Part shown: positions 20,669 to 30,059 of the stretch, one piece after another | Layout: every line of letters begins with the position of its first letter | Numbering within the stretch: position 1 is the first letter of the stretch | Origin: an uncultured bacterium | Lineage (GTDB): Bacteria > Auribacterota > Erginobacteria > Erginobacterales > Erginobacteraceae | Direction: 5' to 3' | DNA length: 64,000 nucleotides | Assembly (NCBI GenBank): GCA_963822585.1 | Contig: CAWGIE010000011.1 | Location: 96,001-160,000 of the forward strand | Translations under genes and position numbers: made by a program | Notes under the pieces: model-generated | What the model was told of the DNA's origin: nothing | The model's database searches: none | The model's input: only the letters and a program-made list of their open reading frames with translations

Positions 20669-21400
20669 CTAAACCTTATTGGCTCCTCCCGCCGCCACCA
20701 TCTGGTTGACCCGGAAGCAGCCCTCAATGGAGGAGCCGGCGTCCGCCCACCAGCCGTCCAGAAGATCGTAGGACATGGTGCCGGCTTCTATATACATATT
20801 GTTGACGTCGGTAATCTCCAGTTCGCCCCGGTCGGAGGGCGATAGGTTTTTGATCATGTCGAAGACCCGGGCGTCGTACATGTAAATGCCGATCACCGCG
20901 TAGCTGGTGGGGGGATCTTTCGGTTTCTCGATTATCTCCACCACCCGGTCGCCGTCCAGAACGGCGACCCCGTAGTCCCGGGGGTTGGGGACTTCCTTCA
21001 AAAGAATCCGGGCCCCGGTCGCCTGGTCGCGGAAAGCCTGCACCGGTTTGATGATATTCTTCTCAATCACATTGTCTCCGAGCATGACCAGGATCTTCTC
21101 CCCTTCCGCAAAGTGCTCGGCCAGACTGAGCGCGTCGGCGATTCCGCCCTCCCCTTCCTGGTAGGCGTATCGAAGCCATTTGAGTCCGAACTCCTTGCCG
21201 TTTCTGAGAAGCCGTAAGAAATCCCCGGCGTTATTGCCCCCGGTCACGATCATGATATCCTCGATACCGGCATTGACCAGCGTCTGCATGGGATAATAGA
21301 TCATCGGCTTATTGTAGATCGGCAGAAGATGCTTGTTGGTGATATTAGTAAGCGGTGCCAGTCGGGTTCCCAGCCCTCCGGCCAGAATTACTCCTTTCAT
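20669..21400 (-). CDS. rfbA: Glucose-1-phosphate thymidylyltransferase-like nucleotidyltransferase (short SpsI/RmlA type)
   Basis: MKGVILAGGLGTRL, KHLLPIYNKPMIYY, EKP, RGELEITD. Confidence 0.85.
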   Translation of the reverse strand: MKGVILAGGLGTRLAPLTNITNKHLLPIYNKPMIYYPMQTLVNAGIEDIMIVTGGNNAGDFLRLLRNGKEFGLKWLRYAYQEGEGGIADALSLAEHFAEGEKILVMLGDNVIEKNIIKPVQAFRDQATGARILLKEVPNPRDYGVAVLDGDRVVEIIEKPKDPPTSYAVIGIYMYDARVFDMIKNLSPSDRGELEITDVNNMYIEAGTMSYDLLDGWWADAGSSIEGCFRVNQMVAAGGANKV

Positions 21401-21426
21401 GGGGTAAGCTCCTTTGCTCGTTGTCA

Positions 21427-22488
21427 TTACATTCGGCCCGGGGTGGCGGATTCAACCACGGCTTCCCGGTGAAAATGGAATCTGTCCTTAAAGATATAGA
21501 TAATGCCCCCGAGCAGTGAAACGGCCAGGTAGACGAAATAAAATGTCAGGGAGATGGCCAGCGCGTCCAACTCCTTGATTCCCGGCAGGGTGCTGAAGAA
21601 GATGATAAAGCCCATCTCCCGGGTGCCGATCCCGGCAAAGGAAATGGGAAGGGACATGATAATTGAGATCGAGGGCAGAAAAAGGAAGAAATAGCGGATC
21701 GGTATCGACGGTATCTTTCCCGGCGGAACCGGGAACCGGCTCGAATGGAAGGCCATAAAAACCATCCAGGAAACAAAGATGATCACCACCCAGATCCCCG
21801 TTGAGATAAGAAGCGTCTGCCCCAGGACCTTCCCATGACCTTTATATATATACATCGCCTGGTGAAATTCTTTGATCTTCTCCCCGACCTTCCCCCAGCG
21901 GGCTATTCCCAGAAATAAATTCATGATCCGGTCACTGAATACCAGAAGGAAGAAGAGGGCCAGACCGGCCGTCACCCCTCCGATAATCAGGAAGATCGGA
22001 AGCGCGTAAGGCCGGGTGACGGGATTATGCAAAAGGTTCCCTCCTCCGAACAGGCAGGCGAAGACCGCCACCACGCAGAGACCTCCCATCCCCATCAACC
22101 GGTCCACCAGAACCGAGATGAAGGAACCGGCGGTCTTCCCGGTCTCCTTCGAGAGATAATACGCTTTGACAAAATCACCCCCCACGGTACTGGGCAGAAA
22201 GTTATTAAAAAACATGCCCATCATATAATACATAAAAACACTGAGATAGCTCAGGCGCATTCCTTGAGCGGTCAGCAGCATTCCCCACCGGAAAGATCCG
22301 GCGGCTAAGAGGGAGAAGACAAGGATCGCCGCCCCCAGCAACCACCAGTAATTGGCATCGGAGAAATACGTGAACAGATCAGTCCATTTATGCTCGGCAT
22401 TGATCTTGAAAAAGATATAGGCGATCAGACCGAAGCTGATGACAAGCCGGAGCATCAAAAACAGCTTCTTTTTTACTCTCTCATTCAT
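21427..22488 (-). CDS. Lysylphosphatidylglycerol-synthase TM-region (flippase-like, YbhN/AglD2-type) membrane protein
   Basis: RW motif, FFNNFLPSTVGGD, PISFAGIGTRE, many TM segments. Confidence 0.85.
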   Translation of the reverse strand: MNERVKKKLFLMLRLVISFGLIAYIFFKINAEHKWTDLFTYFSDANYWWLLGAAILVFSLLAAGSFRWGMLLTAQGMRLSYLSVFMYYMMGMFFNNFLPSTVGGDFVKAYYLSKETGKTAGSFISVLVDRLMGMGGLCVVAVFACLFGGGNLLHNPVTRPYALPIFLIIGGVTAGLALFFLLVFSDRIMNLFLGIARWGKVGEKIKEFHQAMYIYKGHGKVLGQTLLISTGIWVVIIFVSWMVFMAFHSSRFPVPPGKIPSIPIRYFFLFLPSISIIMSLPISFAGIGTREMGFIIFFSTLPGIKELDALAISLTFYFVYLAVSLLGGIIYIFKDRFHFHREAVVESATPGRM

Positions 22489-22721
22489 AATATTAATTAG
22501 CGCCTTCGGCGCTACTTAATAGTGGACCCCGATTGATTCAATCGGGGTCTATTGTTAAAACAACAGCTGCGTCTGGGAGGTAACATCGCAAAAAGTATTC
22601 CTTACCACAACCACCATGCACCACTCCAGCTATACGTTATAGGCAGCATAAGTTTGACCTTCTCTTATTTTTCCACAGGGAAAATAATATAATAGAAAGC
22701 GATAGTCCAGTAAAAAGGCGA

Positions 22722-23849
22722 TCAGCGCCAGGCCGGATTCGTCCTCCGGAAAAAATAGACGAAAAACGCCTTCAGGGCGGCGCCGTTCAAGAGACAGAAC
22801 ATCAGGGGAACTGAGAGGAGTTTCCCCGGTCGTTTTCCCCGCCGGGCGGCGGCGAAGCCGCCGGCAGCCAGAACGTAGAAGAGTATCTGCAGGAAGAAAA
22901 GCGGCCGCAGGAGGCCCGGTCCGGCCGCGCAGGAGAGAAGCAGCCCCAGAAGGGCGAAGGGGACCATCAACCGGAAAACCTTGTGGGAGAGCATCTGGAA
23001 GGAGACTTTCGACTTCCCGGGGAGAAGCGCCCAGGGGGCCCGGGCGAAAGCCTGGTAATTGCCGACCAGTGTTCTCACCTTGCGCCGAAATTCCAGCGAG
23101 AATCCGGTATAGCCTTCCTCATATGCTAAAGCCCGGCTCTCGAAAAGAATCCGGTATCCCTTCCGGAGAGGGCCCAGGGGCAGGAGAAGATCGTCCAGGA
23201 TGGTATCTTCAGGCAACTCTGAAAAAAGGGCGCGGCGGAGGGCGTAGATGGCTCCGGTGGCGCTGACGCAGGAGTACCAGCGGCTTTCCCGCTCACGGAT
23301 ATATTTTTCCAGCTTCCAGTACCAGTCGACCGGGAGTTCTCCTCCGGCCTCCTTCTCCTCTTTCAGGACCAGCGCCCCGCTTACCGCTCCCACCGTGGGG
23401 TCGGCGAACGCAGGGAGAAGAAAAGAAAAAACATCCTTCGGAAATAATGCGCTGGCGTCGGTAAAAACGATGATCTCTCCGGAAAGCCGGGGCGCCACCC
23501 GATTGATGACCGACATTTTCCCCCGGTGAGCGGGGAAATCCATCAGAATAACACCCCGGGAAAGATAGGGGCGAAGGAGGTCTACCGTCCGGTCGGTCGA
23601 TCCATCGGAGGCGACGACAATCTCCAGCCTGCCCGGCGGATATTCAAGCTGCAGGGCGTTTTCCAGTTTCTTTTCGATAACCGCCTCTTCATTGTAAACC
23701 GGGATAAGAAGGCTGACGGTCGGGCGATATTCTCCCGCGGTGACGGGGAGGACCGGTCTCCGGCGTCTCCCCGCCAAAAGAAGAACCAGGGGATATCCCA
23801 GATAAGTGTAGATGATAAAGAGTATTGAGAAAAGGAATAGTGCTGTCAT
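22722..23849 (-). CDS. Glycosyltransferase family 2, membrane-anchored
   Basis: IPVYNEE, SDGSTD, FTDA, LDD, RRKVR. Confidence 0.9.
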   Translation of the reverse strand: MTALFLFSILFIIYTYLGYPLVLLLAGRRRRPVLPVTAGEYRPTVSLLIPVYNEEAVIEKKLENALQLEYPPGRLEIVVASDGSTDRTVDLLRPYLSRGVILMDFPAHRGKMSVINRVAPRLSGEIIVFTDASALFPKDVFSFLLPAFADPTVGAVSGALVLKEEKEAGGELPVDWYWKLEKYIRERESRWYSCVSATGAIYALRRALFSELPEDTILDDLLLPLGPLRKGYRILFESRALAYEEGYTGFSLEFRRKVRTLVGNYQAFARAPWALLPGKSKVSFQMLSHKVFRLMVPFALLGLLLSCAAGPGLLRPLFFLQILFYVLAAGGFAAARRGKRPGKLLSVPLMFCLLNGAALKAFFVYFFRRTNPAWR

Positions 23850-24065
23850 GTTCAGCGACCAAAAGACGGGAAACCGGACTACTGATGAAAGGCGATCATT
23901 ATCGTGGAAAAAGCCGATGAAAGCTATCTGTTTTCTTCTCCGGCGAGCAGGGGGAAAAATAGTAACATACCCCTTGACACCCTCCGTTTAAAAAAACTAC
24001 TATCTTCCCTCATCCTTGGTGTGAATTCCGGCAGAGGACAAATTTTCATAGAAGGAGCGTTTATT

Positions 24066-25013
24066 ATGGCCGTGAACGGGGCCGCGGGTAACGCGGCCAG
24101 GGAAAAAACAACCGACACACCGGTACCGATCCGGACAGAAACGACCGGCGCCGCGGGCAGTCCGCCTGAAGAGCAACCGCCGGCCGGAAGAGACATCCGG
24201 GCCGGAGAGGGGACACCGGCCCCCTTGCTCGGCTTCATCCCCCGAAACCCGGGGCGCCTCATCGTACCGGTCGTCATCGGGGTTCTCGTGGTGGTCCTGA
24301 TCGCGCTGCTCGCACATTCCCGCGCCCAATCCCGGAAGCTCGCGGAAGAGATTGCCGGCCGGGAGCAGATCGAAGAGCAGCTGGCGGGGATGGAACAGAA
24401 CCTGACCGATAAAATCCGGGAACTCAATGACACCTCCAACGGCCTGCAAGAAGCGACGAGCGATCGCGACCGGATCCAGGGGGAACTCTCGGCACTCCAA
24501 AGCGATCATGACCAGATGAAGACCCAGCTGGAGAGTACCCGTACCTATACTCGGACCCTGGAGGACCGGCTGAAGGCCGAACAGGACACCATCGCCGAAC
24601 TCCAGAGCACCGCCAAGGATGACCGGGAAACTCAAAAACGGCTATTCGAAAAAATAGAGAACCTGCTGGAAGAGAAAAAGTCCCTCCAGGATCAGGTCTT
24701 TCAGAGCCAGGCGAAAACCGGCGCCAACGCGGTCGAGATGCCGGGACTGGTGGTCACGGACAAACGGGCGGCCAGCCCTTCCCTCCAAGGCATCATCCTG
24801 ACAGTCGACCAGGAATACTCTTTCGTCGTCTTCAATCGGGGGGAGAGTGATGGAGTTAAAGCCGGGGACCGGTTCCGGGTGATGGACCGCGACAAAGAAA
24901 TCGGGGAGGTAGTGGCAACCAGAGTCCTCCCAGATATGACGGTAGCCGATATCGACGCCCGGAAGACGCACCGGAATTTACGGAAGGGTTTTACCGTCTT
25001 CCTCAATGAATAA
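24066..25013 (+). CDS. Hypothetical membrane-anchored coiled-coil protein with small C-terminal beta domain (FlgT-C-like)
   Basis: AGGAG then ATG 24066; one TM, long heptad region, FVVFNRGESDGVKAGDRF. Confidence 0.7.
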   Translation: MAVNGAAGNAAREKTTDTPVPIRTETTGAAGSPPEEQPPAGRDIRAGEGTPAPLLGFIPRNPGRLIVPVVIGVLVVVLIALLAHSRAQSRKLAEEIAGREQIEEQLAGMEQNLTDKIRELNDTSNGLQEATSDRDRIQGELSALQSDHDQMKTQLESTRTYTRTLEDRLKAEQDTIAELQSTAKDDRETQKRLFEKIENLLEEKKSLQDQVFQSQAKTGANAVEMPGLVVTDKRAASPSLQGIILTVDQEYSFVVFNRGESDGVKAGDRFRVMDRDKEIGEVVATRVLPDMTVADIDARKTHRNLRKGFTVFLNE

Positions 25014-26406
25014 TCGAGAATTTCCCTCCAAGGTACTCCTGGTTATCGGTTCCCTGGGAATGGATGCGGCCCTCGTGTTCTGTGCCGATATCACCGCCTT
25101 CCTTCTCCGTTTCGGACGCGGCCAGGGGCCTTTCCCCCGGACAAACTTCACCGCCTACCTGCAACTGCTTCTCCCGATCATTGTTCTCCGGCTCCTTTGC
25201 TTCTATATTTACGGCCTCTATGACAAGCCGAAATACAAGACCACCTACGATATCGTCCTCAGTGTCTTCAAGGCCACCACCGCCAGCACCCTGATCATCA
25301 TTGTGGTCGCCTTCCTTTTCCGGGCGTTCGCCTATCCCCGGATGGTCATCTTTTATTCCTGGCTGATCACCATCCCTCTCATCATCGCCTGGCGTCTCAT
25401 CACCAAGCGGCTGATCAACCTGATCATGGGGAAGAACTACTTCATCTCCAATACGCTGATCGTTGGGACCGACCACGAAGCCCAGCGGTTGGCCACCCGC
25501 CTTCTCCGGGAAGCTCATATCGCCCGGCACCTGGTCGGGTTCATCAGCGTCAGCCGCGATGCCGATCTGCATCCCGATAACCCCTTCCATCTCGGCAGTG
25601 TGGAGGATATCCCCCGGATCATTGACCGCTATGTCATCGACGAGGTCGTTATCGCCTCCCAGATGCCCAAGGATATGATTCTCTCCATCTTTACCCAGTT
25701 CAGCCAGACCGATGTCATCTTCCGGATCGTCCCCAGCCTTTACGAGGCGGCCATCGGTTCGATGGCGACCAGCCCTACCGAGCGGGTCCCCCTGATCAGC
25801 CCCATTTCCCACCGGGTATCCTGGTATAAGGATCTGAAGAGATTGCTCGACACGGCAATCGCAATTTTCGGGCTCATCCTGTTTTCACCCTTCTTCCTGC
25901 TGATTGCCGCGGCCGTGAAAGCAACCTCCCCGGGGGGGGTCCTCTACCGGCAGGAACGGGCCGGGCTCCACGGGAATCCTTTCATCCTCTACAAATTCCG
26001 GACCATGTTCGCGGGGAGCGAAGACGGGGGGCCCGTCTTCACCGAGACCGGGGATCCACGGATAACGATGGTCGGGAGGTTTCTCCGCCGGTTCCGTCTG
26101 GACGAACTCCCGCAGCTCTACAATGTCCTCATCAATGATATGAGCATCATTGGACCGCGGCCGGAGCGTCCTTATTTCGTCAAGGAACTGGTCAGGAAAA
26201 TTCCTTTTTACGCCGAACGGCTGGAAGTGAAGCCGGGTATCACCGGCTGGGCCCAGGTAGCCTACGGATACTCGTCAACGGTTACCGAACACCGGGAAAA
26301 ACTGCTCTACGACATCTTCTACCTGGAGAACATGTGCCTGGCCCTTGACGTCCTGATCGTGCTCAAGACTCTGGGGGTGGTAATCCGGGGGAAGGGAGTG
26401 AAATAA
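25006..26406 (+). CDS. Polyprenyl-phosphate glycosylphosphotransferase (priming sugar transferase, WcaJ-like)
   Basis: KRLLD, YKFRTM, RLDELPQL, GPRPERP, KPGITGWAQV. Confidence 0.93.
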   Translation: MNNREFPSKVLLVIGSLGMDAALVFCADITAFLLRFGRGQGPFPRTNFTAYLQLLLPIIVLRLLCFYIYGLYDKPKYKTTYDIVLSVFKATTASTLIIIVVAFLFRAFAYPRMVIFYSWLITIPLIIAWRLITKRLINLIMGKNYFISNTLIVGTDHEAQRLATRLLREAHIARHLVGFISVSRDADLHPDNPFHLGSVEDIPRIIDRYVIDEVVIASQMPKDMILSIFTQFSQTDVIFRIVPSLYEAAIGSMATSPTERVPLISPISHRVSWYKDLKRLLDTAIAIFGLILFSPFFLLIAAAVKATSPGGVLYRQERAGLHGNPFILYKFRTMFAGSEDGGPVFTETGDPRITMVGRFLRRFRLDELPQLYNVLINDMSIIGPRPERPYFVKELVRKIPFYAERLEVKPGITGWAQVAYGYSSTVTEHREKLLYDIFYLENMCLALDVLIVLKTLGVVIRGKGVK

Positions 26407-26547
26407 GTAGAAGGCTGAACATCCAACGTCGAACATCGAACGACGAACAAAATACCAGTAATCAGTGATCAGTAATCCGTACTTCGTGTAGCCACGCTAT
26501 ACTGATTACTGACTACCGATCACTGATTACCGATTACTGATCACTTT

Positions 26548-27189
26548 TTACTCCTCCAGCAGGTACTTCCTGATCACCGGGATCGCCTCCCGGGCGAAGG
26601 CGGCGATGATCGCGTCCCCCCGGGCCGGATCAAACGTTCCCTCCACCGAAAGTCTGATCAGGAGGGCCGGAGCCGGACGACCCAGAATAACGGCGGCGAC
26701 GATATACAGCTGCTGGCGGTAATAATCGGTTGTGAACCGGCCCCCGAAGGCATACCAGTAATAGACAAGACTCTTCCCCCGGGGTCCCCGGAAGAGGAAA
26801 CGGTGAGAGGAAACTTCCCCGCCGTCCCAGTACAGCATCGTCCGTCCCCGCTCCACCATCTCCGTCCGGCCGCCGACGTAGCAATACTCGGGGGGGTGAA
26901 AAGAAGCCCGGTTGGAGGAGCATTCCAGGATGAAGAGATTAACCGCGTCCCCCTCTTTCCGGTAGCGGCGGAGGATCATGCTCTCCGTCCCCAGGAGGGA
27001 CCGGTCTCTTTGCGAAACCGGGATCTCCTGCCCGATCCAGCCGTCAATCCGCAGGGGCAGCCGGGTGAGATCCAGCCCTGTCCCCCCGGCACCCGATCCG
27101 GCAGAGAAGAGTTCTCTGAAGGCGGCGCCCAGAAGCAGAAGCAACAGGCTGATAATGTAGGCCCGGTTCCGGGTTAACGGAGCAACCAT
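26548..27189 (-). CDS. epsI: Exosortase-associated EpsI family protein
   Basis: N-terminal TM, LPLRIDGW, HPPEYCY.GG, VYYWY; adjacent to exosortase. Confidence 0.85.
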   Translation of the reverse strand: MVAPLTRNRAYIISLLLLLLGAAFRELFSAGSGAGGTGLDLTRLPLRIDGWIGQEIPVSQRDRSLLGTESMILRRYRKEGDAVNLFILECSSNRASFHPPEYCYVGGRTEMVERGRTMLYWDGGEVSSHRFLFRGPRGKSLVYYWYAFGGRFTTDYYRQQLYIVAAVILGRPAPALLIRLSVEGTFDPARGDAIIAAFAREAIPVIRKYLLEE

Positions 27190-28055
27190 CGCACCACCTG
27201 GAGAAAGACGAAAAAACAGAGAAGGAATATCAGTATCCCCAGCGCCACGTGCCAGGGACCGCTCAGCACTCCGGGACCGATTGTCTGTCGAAGAACGATC
27301 AGACTGGTCACCCGGAGAACATTGCTCACCGGGGCGAGCAGTATCGCCGTGAAAAGGATCAGCAGCCGGCGGACGGCGGTGAGAGGAAAGAGAAGGGCGA
27401 AAAATCCGCCCAGGGTGGAGAAGGAGATCAGCGACCGCAGGCCGCTGCAGGGATCGCCGATCGTGAGAACATCCCCGGGCGGCGCGGTGGGGAGATAAAT
27501 CTCGGTCCCGTTGCGGACAATCGCGATCCCGAAGACCTTCCCCAGGGCGACCCCGACAGCGGCGGAGTACATTTTAAGCCGGAAGGCGACCGAGATAATC
27601 CAGATCCCCGGGAGAGGGATCATGAAGACGGTGAGAAGCAGCGGGCCGATAAAATACCGGGCCCGCGCCCCCCCCCAGTGAGCCAGGACCAGGCCGAAGA
27701 CGACCAGGGGGAGGGAGGCCGCGGAAAGAAAGTTAACCCCGAAAAACCGGGCGACCAGATGCACCATCAGTCCCCCGGCGACCAGGGCCAACCCCCAGAA
27801 ACTGGGACGAACAGGCCGGCCAGCGATCACCTTCCGGCGCTGGTAAAGCAGGAAACCGATCGCCGCCGGGACCAGCCAGCCGTGGCCGTAATAGGAGTTT
27901 TCCTCGAAGAAACGCTCGTTCATCCAGGAGAGGGTCGGCCAGAAAACAACCGCCACGGCCGCCGCCAGAACAGTCATCGCCGCAATCCTTTTCACGGTGA
28001 TGGCAGGCGACAGGCCTGTCTTCACTTTTATTGTTGTATTTGTAATCTTCATCAT
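27174..28055 (-). CDS. Exosortase (EpsH family)
   Basis: YGHGWLVP, MIPLP, catalytic PCSGLRS, NVLR and WH triad positions. The longer ORF start overlaps the upstream gene. Confidence 0.9.
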   Translation of the reverse strand: MMKITNTTIKVKTGLSPAITVKRIAAMTVLAAAVAVVFWPTLSWMNERFFEENSYYGHGWLVPAAIGFLLYQRRKVIAGRPVRPSFWGLALVAGGLMVHLVARFFGVNFLSAASLPLVVFGLVLAHWGGARARYFIGPLLLTVFMIPLPGIWIISVAFRLKMYSAAVGVALGKVFGIAIVRNGTEIYLPTAPPGDVLTIGDPCSGLRSLISFSTLGGFFALLFPLTAVRRLLILFTAILLAPVSNVLRVTSLIVLRQTIGPGVLSGPWHVALGILIFLLCFFVFLQVVRWLLR

Positions 28056-28096
28056 TTTTCTTATTTTTTTCCGCAGAAAAAAATAAGAAAACATCC

Positions 28097-28876
28097 CTAT
28101 TTTTGCCGTACAAAAATAGGATAGCGGTATCGTCTCCGGAGAAGCGATCGCATCTTTTCGGCGGTGATGATTCTCCAATACCCCGGGCCCCGGCCGGCAA
28201 GAACCCACTCCAGCTGCGGCCGTCCCCAGTGAGACCTGACCGGAAAGCGGGGAATGATAAAGGGGTCGGCGCGGACGGTGTAGAAACCGGGCCGGGAAGT
28301 ACAGAGGCCCCGGTAGCCGGCCGCCCGGGCCAGGGCAGGGAGCATCGGCGGCAGGTAACCACGGGGGACGGCGCAATAATCGATGCCGGTGGGGAGCTTT
28401 TCGGCCAAAAGCCGGCGGGATTCCTCCAGTTCCCATCTCAGTTCCCGCTCTTTCTTCCCGGCGAGGAGAGCGTGTCCCATCCCATGCGAACCGATCTCCA
28501 TCCCCGCTTCCACCAGACGAAGGGCATGCGGGTATCCCATCATCCCCGTTTTCCCCAAACAGGAAACGCTGAGAAAAAAGGTCGCCCGGAAACCGCAGGC
28601 CAGCAGACGGGGAAGCACAACCCGATCGTTATCCTCGTATCCGTCGTCGAAAGTGATGATCACCGGGTTGGCGGGAAGACTTCCCCTTCCCTCCCGAAAC
28701 GCCGACAGCTCGGCCAGGGAGATGGTGCTCCAGCCTCCTTCCCGCAGGACGGCCAGGTGAGCTTCAAAATCCCTGATCCGCAGCCGGTAGCCCAACGGGC
28801 GGCAGGAAGGCGGCAGGAGACCGTACTCTTCCTCGTCGCTGACGCTGTGATACATGAGAACGGGAATTCTGGTCAT
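28097..28876 (-). CDS. Polysaccharide deacetylase
   Basis: PVLMYH, ITFDDGY, IGSHGMGH. Confidence 0.88.
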   Translation of the reverse strand: MTRIPVLMYHSVSDEEEYGLLPPSCRPLGYRLRIRDFEAHLAVLREGGWSTISLAELSAFREGRGSLPANPVIITFDDGYEDNDRVVLPRLLACGFRATFFLSVSCLGKTGMMGYPHALRLVEAGMEIGSHGMGHALLAGKKERELRWELEESRRLLAEKLPTGIDYCAVPRGYLPPMLPALARAAGYRGLCTSRPGFYTVRADPFIIPRFPVRSHWGRPQLEWVLAGRGPGYWRIITAEKMRSLLRRRYRYPIFVRQK

Positions 28877-28997
28877 AGTGGCCATATTCTGTTTTTGGTG
28901 GACCAAGCTGCTATATGGGGAATGGAGTAACCAGTAACCAGTAAATAAGTAATCAGTAACCGGTGAGCAGTGCCTTCCGGACTGCCACCGGGAACGA

Positions 28998-29873
28998 TTA
29001 TCCCCCCGACTTGAATTGAAACAGGGTTATCTCCGGGGGGCAAAGAAACCGGATCGGCACCCCTTTGGGGGCGATCCCGCGGTTGACATACAGGAGCCCT
29101 CCGTCTACCTGGAAGAGTCCCCGGACGAATGCGGAGCGGCCGAAGAAACGGTGAAAAACCCGGGGCCAGCCGGGAATCCCGATCAGCCCTCCATGCGTGT
29201 CCCCGGAAAGAACCAGGGAGGCGCCTTTCCGGATCAGGAGCGGGGCCAGATCGGGATCGTAGGAGAGCATGATCAGCGGCGATCCCGGAGGGACATCTCC
29301 CATAATCCGATCGATCTCTTCTTCCATCCCCGGCGCTTCGTAGCCGGGGAAGTCGACCCCCCCCAGCCAGAAAATCCCTCCCTCCTTCCCTCCCATCGGC
29401 AGGCACTTCCCCCCGATCAGGGAAAGGCCGGAACGCTTCCAGCTTTCCCGGTAGGCGTCCCCGGAGAGGTAGGTCCGATCGGAGTTGCCCAGGATGCCGT
29501 AGCTCCAGAGCCGGGGGTGGACACGCTTCATGAATTCGCTTACCAGGGCCGCCCCCTCCGGACCTTCCACCAGGTCACCGGTCAGAACGATGATATCGGG
29601 CGCCAGGCGGTTGAGTTTCCCAATCAGCTCTTCTTCCCGGAACCCCAGTGCACCCTGAAGGTGCAGGTCGGAGATCTGAGCGATGGTGAGACCGCCCAGA
29701 GCCCGGGCCAGAATCTTGTCTTCAATCACCACCCGTTCCCCGACGATCCAGTTCGGTTCCAGAATCAGCGCGTCAAAGAGGATGAACCAGAAAACGGCGA
29801 CCGCCGCCGTAACGGTGACCGCGCCGATAACCAGCATCTTGTACTTGCGGTTCCGCACCGGGGATTCCTCCAC
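28998..29873 (-). CDS. Calcineurin-like metallophosphoesterase (YkuE type) with substituted His ligands
   Basis: N-terminal TM, SDLH, TGDL, GNSD, SGDTHGG, RFLCPPEIT. Confidence 0.8.
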   Translation of the reverse strand: MEESPVRNRKYKMLVIGAVTVTAAVAVFWFILFDALILEPNWIVGERVVIEDKILARALGGLTIAQISDLHLQGALGFREEELIGKLNRLAPDIIVLTGDLVEGPEGAALVSEFMKRVHPRLWSYGILGNSDRTYLSGDAYRESWKRSGLSLIGGKCLPMGGKEGGIFWLGGVDFPGYEAPGMEEEIDRIMGDVPPGSPLIMLSYDPDLAPLLIRKGASLVLSGDTHGGLIGIPGWPRVFHRFFGRSAFVRGLFQVDGGLLYVNRGIAPKGVPIRFLCPPEITLFQFKSGG

Positions 29874-30059
29874 TCAATCCGCTGGAAAAAGAACCACGAA
29901 GGACACGAGCCGAACGCAGTGAGACGGGTCCCGCTTGCGGGACAAGGAGCGCGGCGACTGTCCAACGACACGAAGGGATTCACGCGAAACTAATTTCAAT
30001 CCTTCGTGATCTTCGTGTCCTTCGTGGTGCAATAATTCGTCCCGGCCGGAGGGGAACGG

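Noticed and set aside
28056..28436. N-terminal extensions of the exosortase, recO and dgkA ORFs
   Set aside because: They overlap neighbouring genes or repeat arrays; internal starts fit family lengths better.
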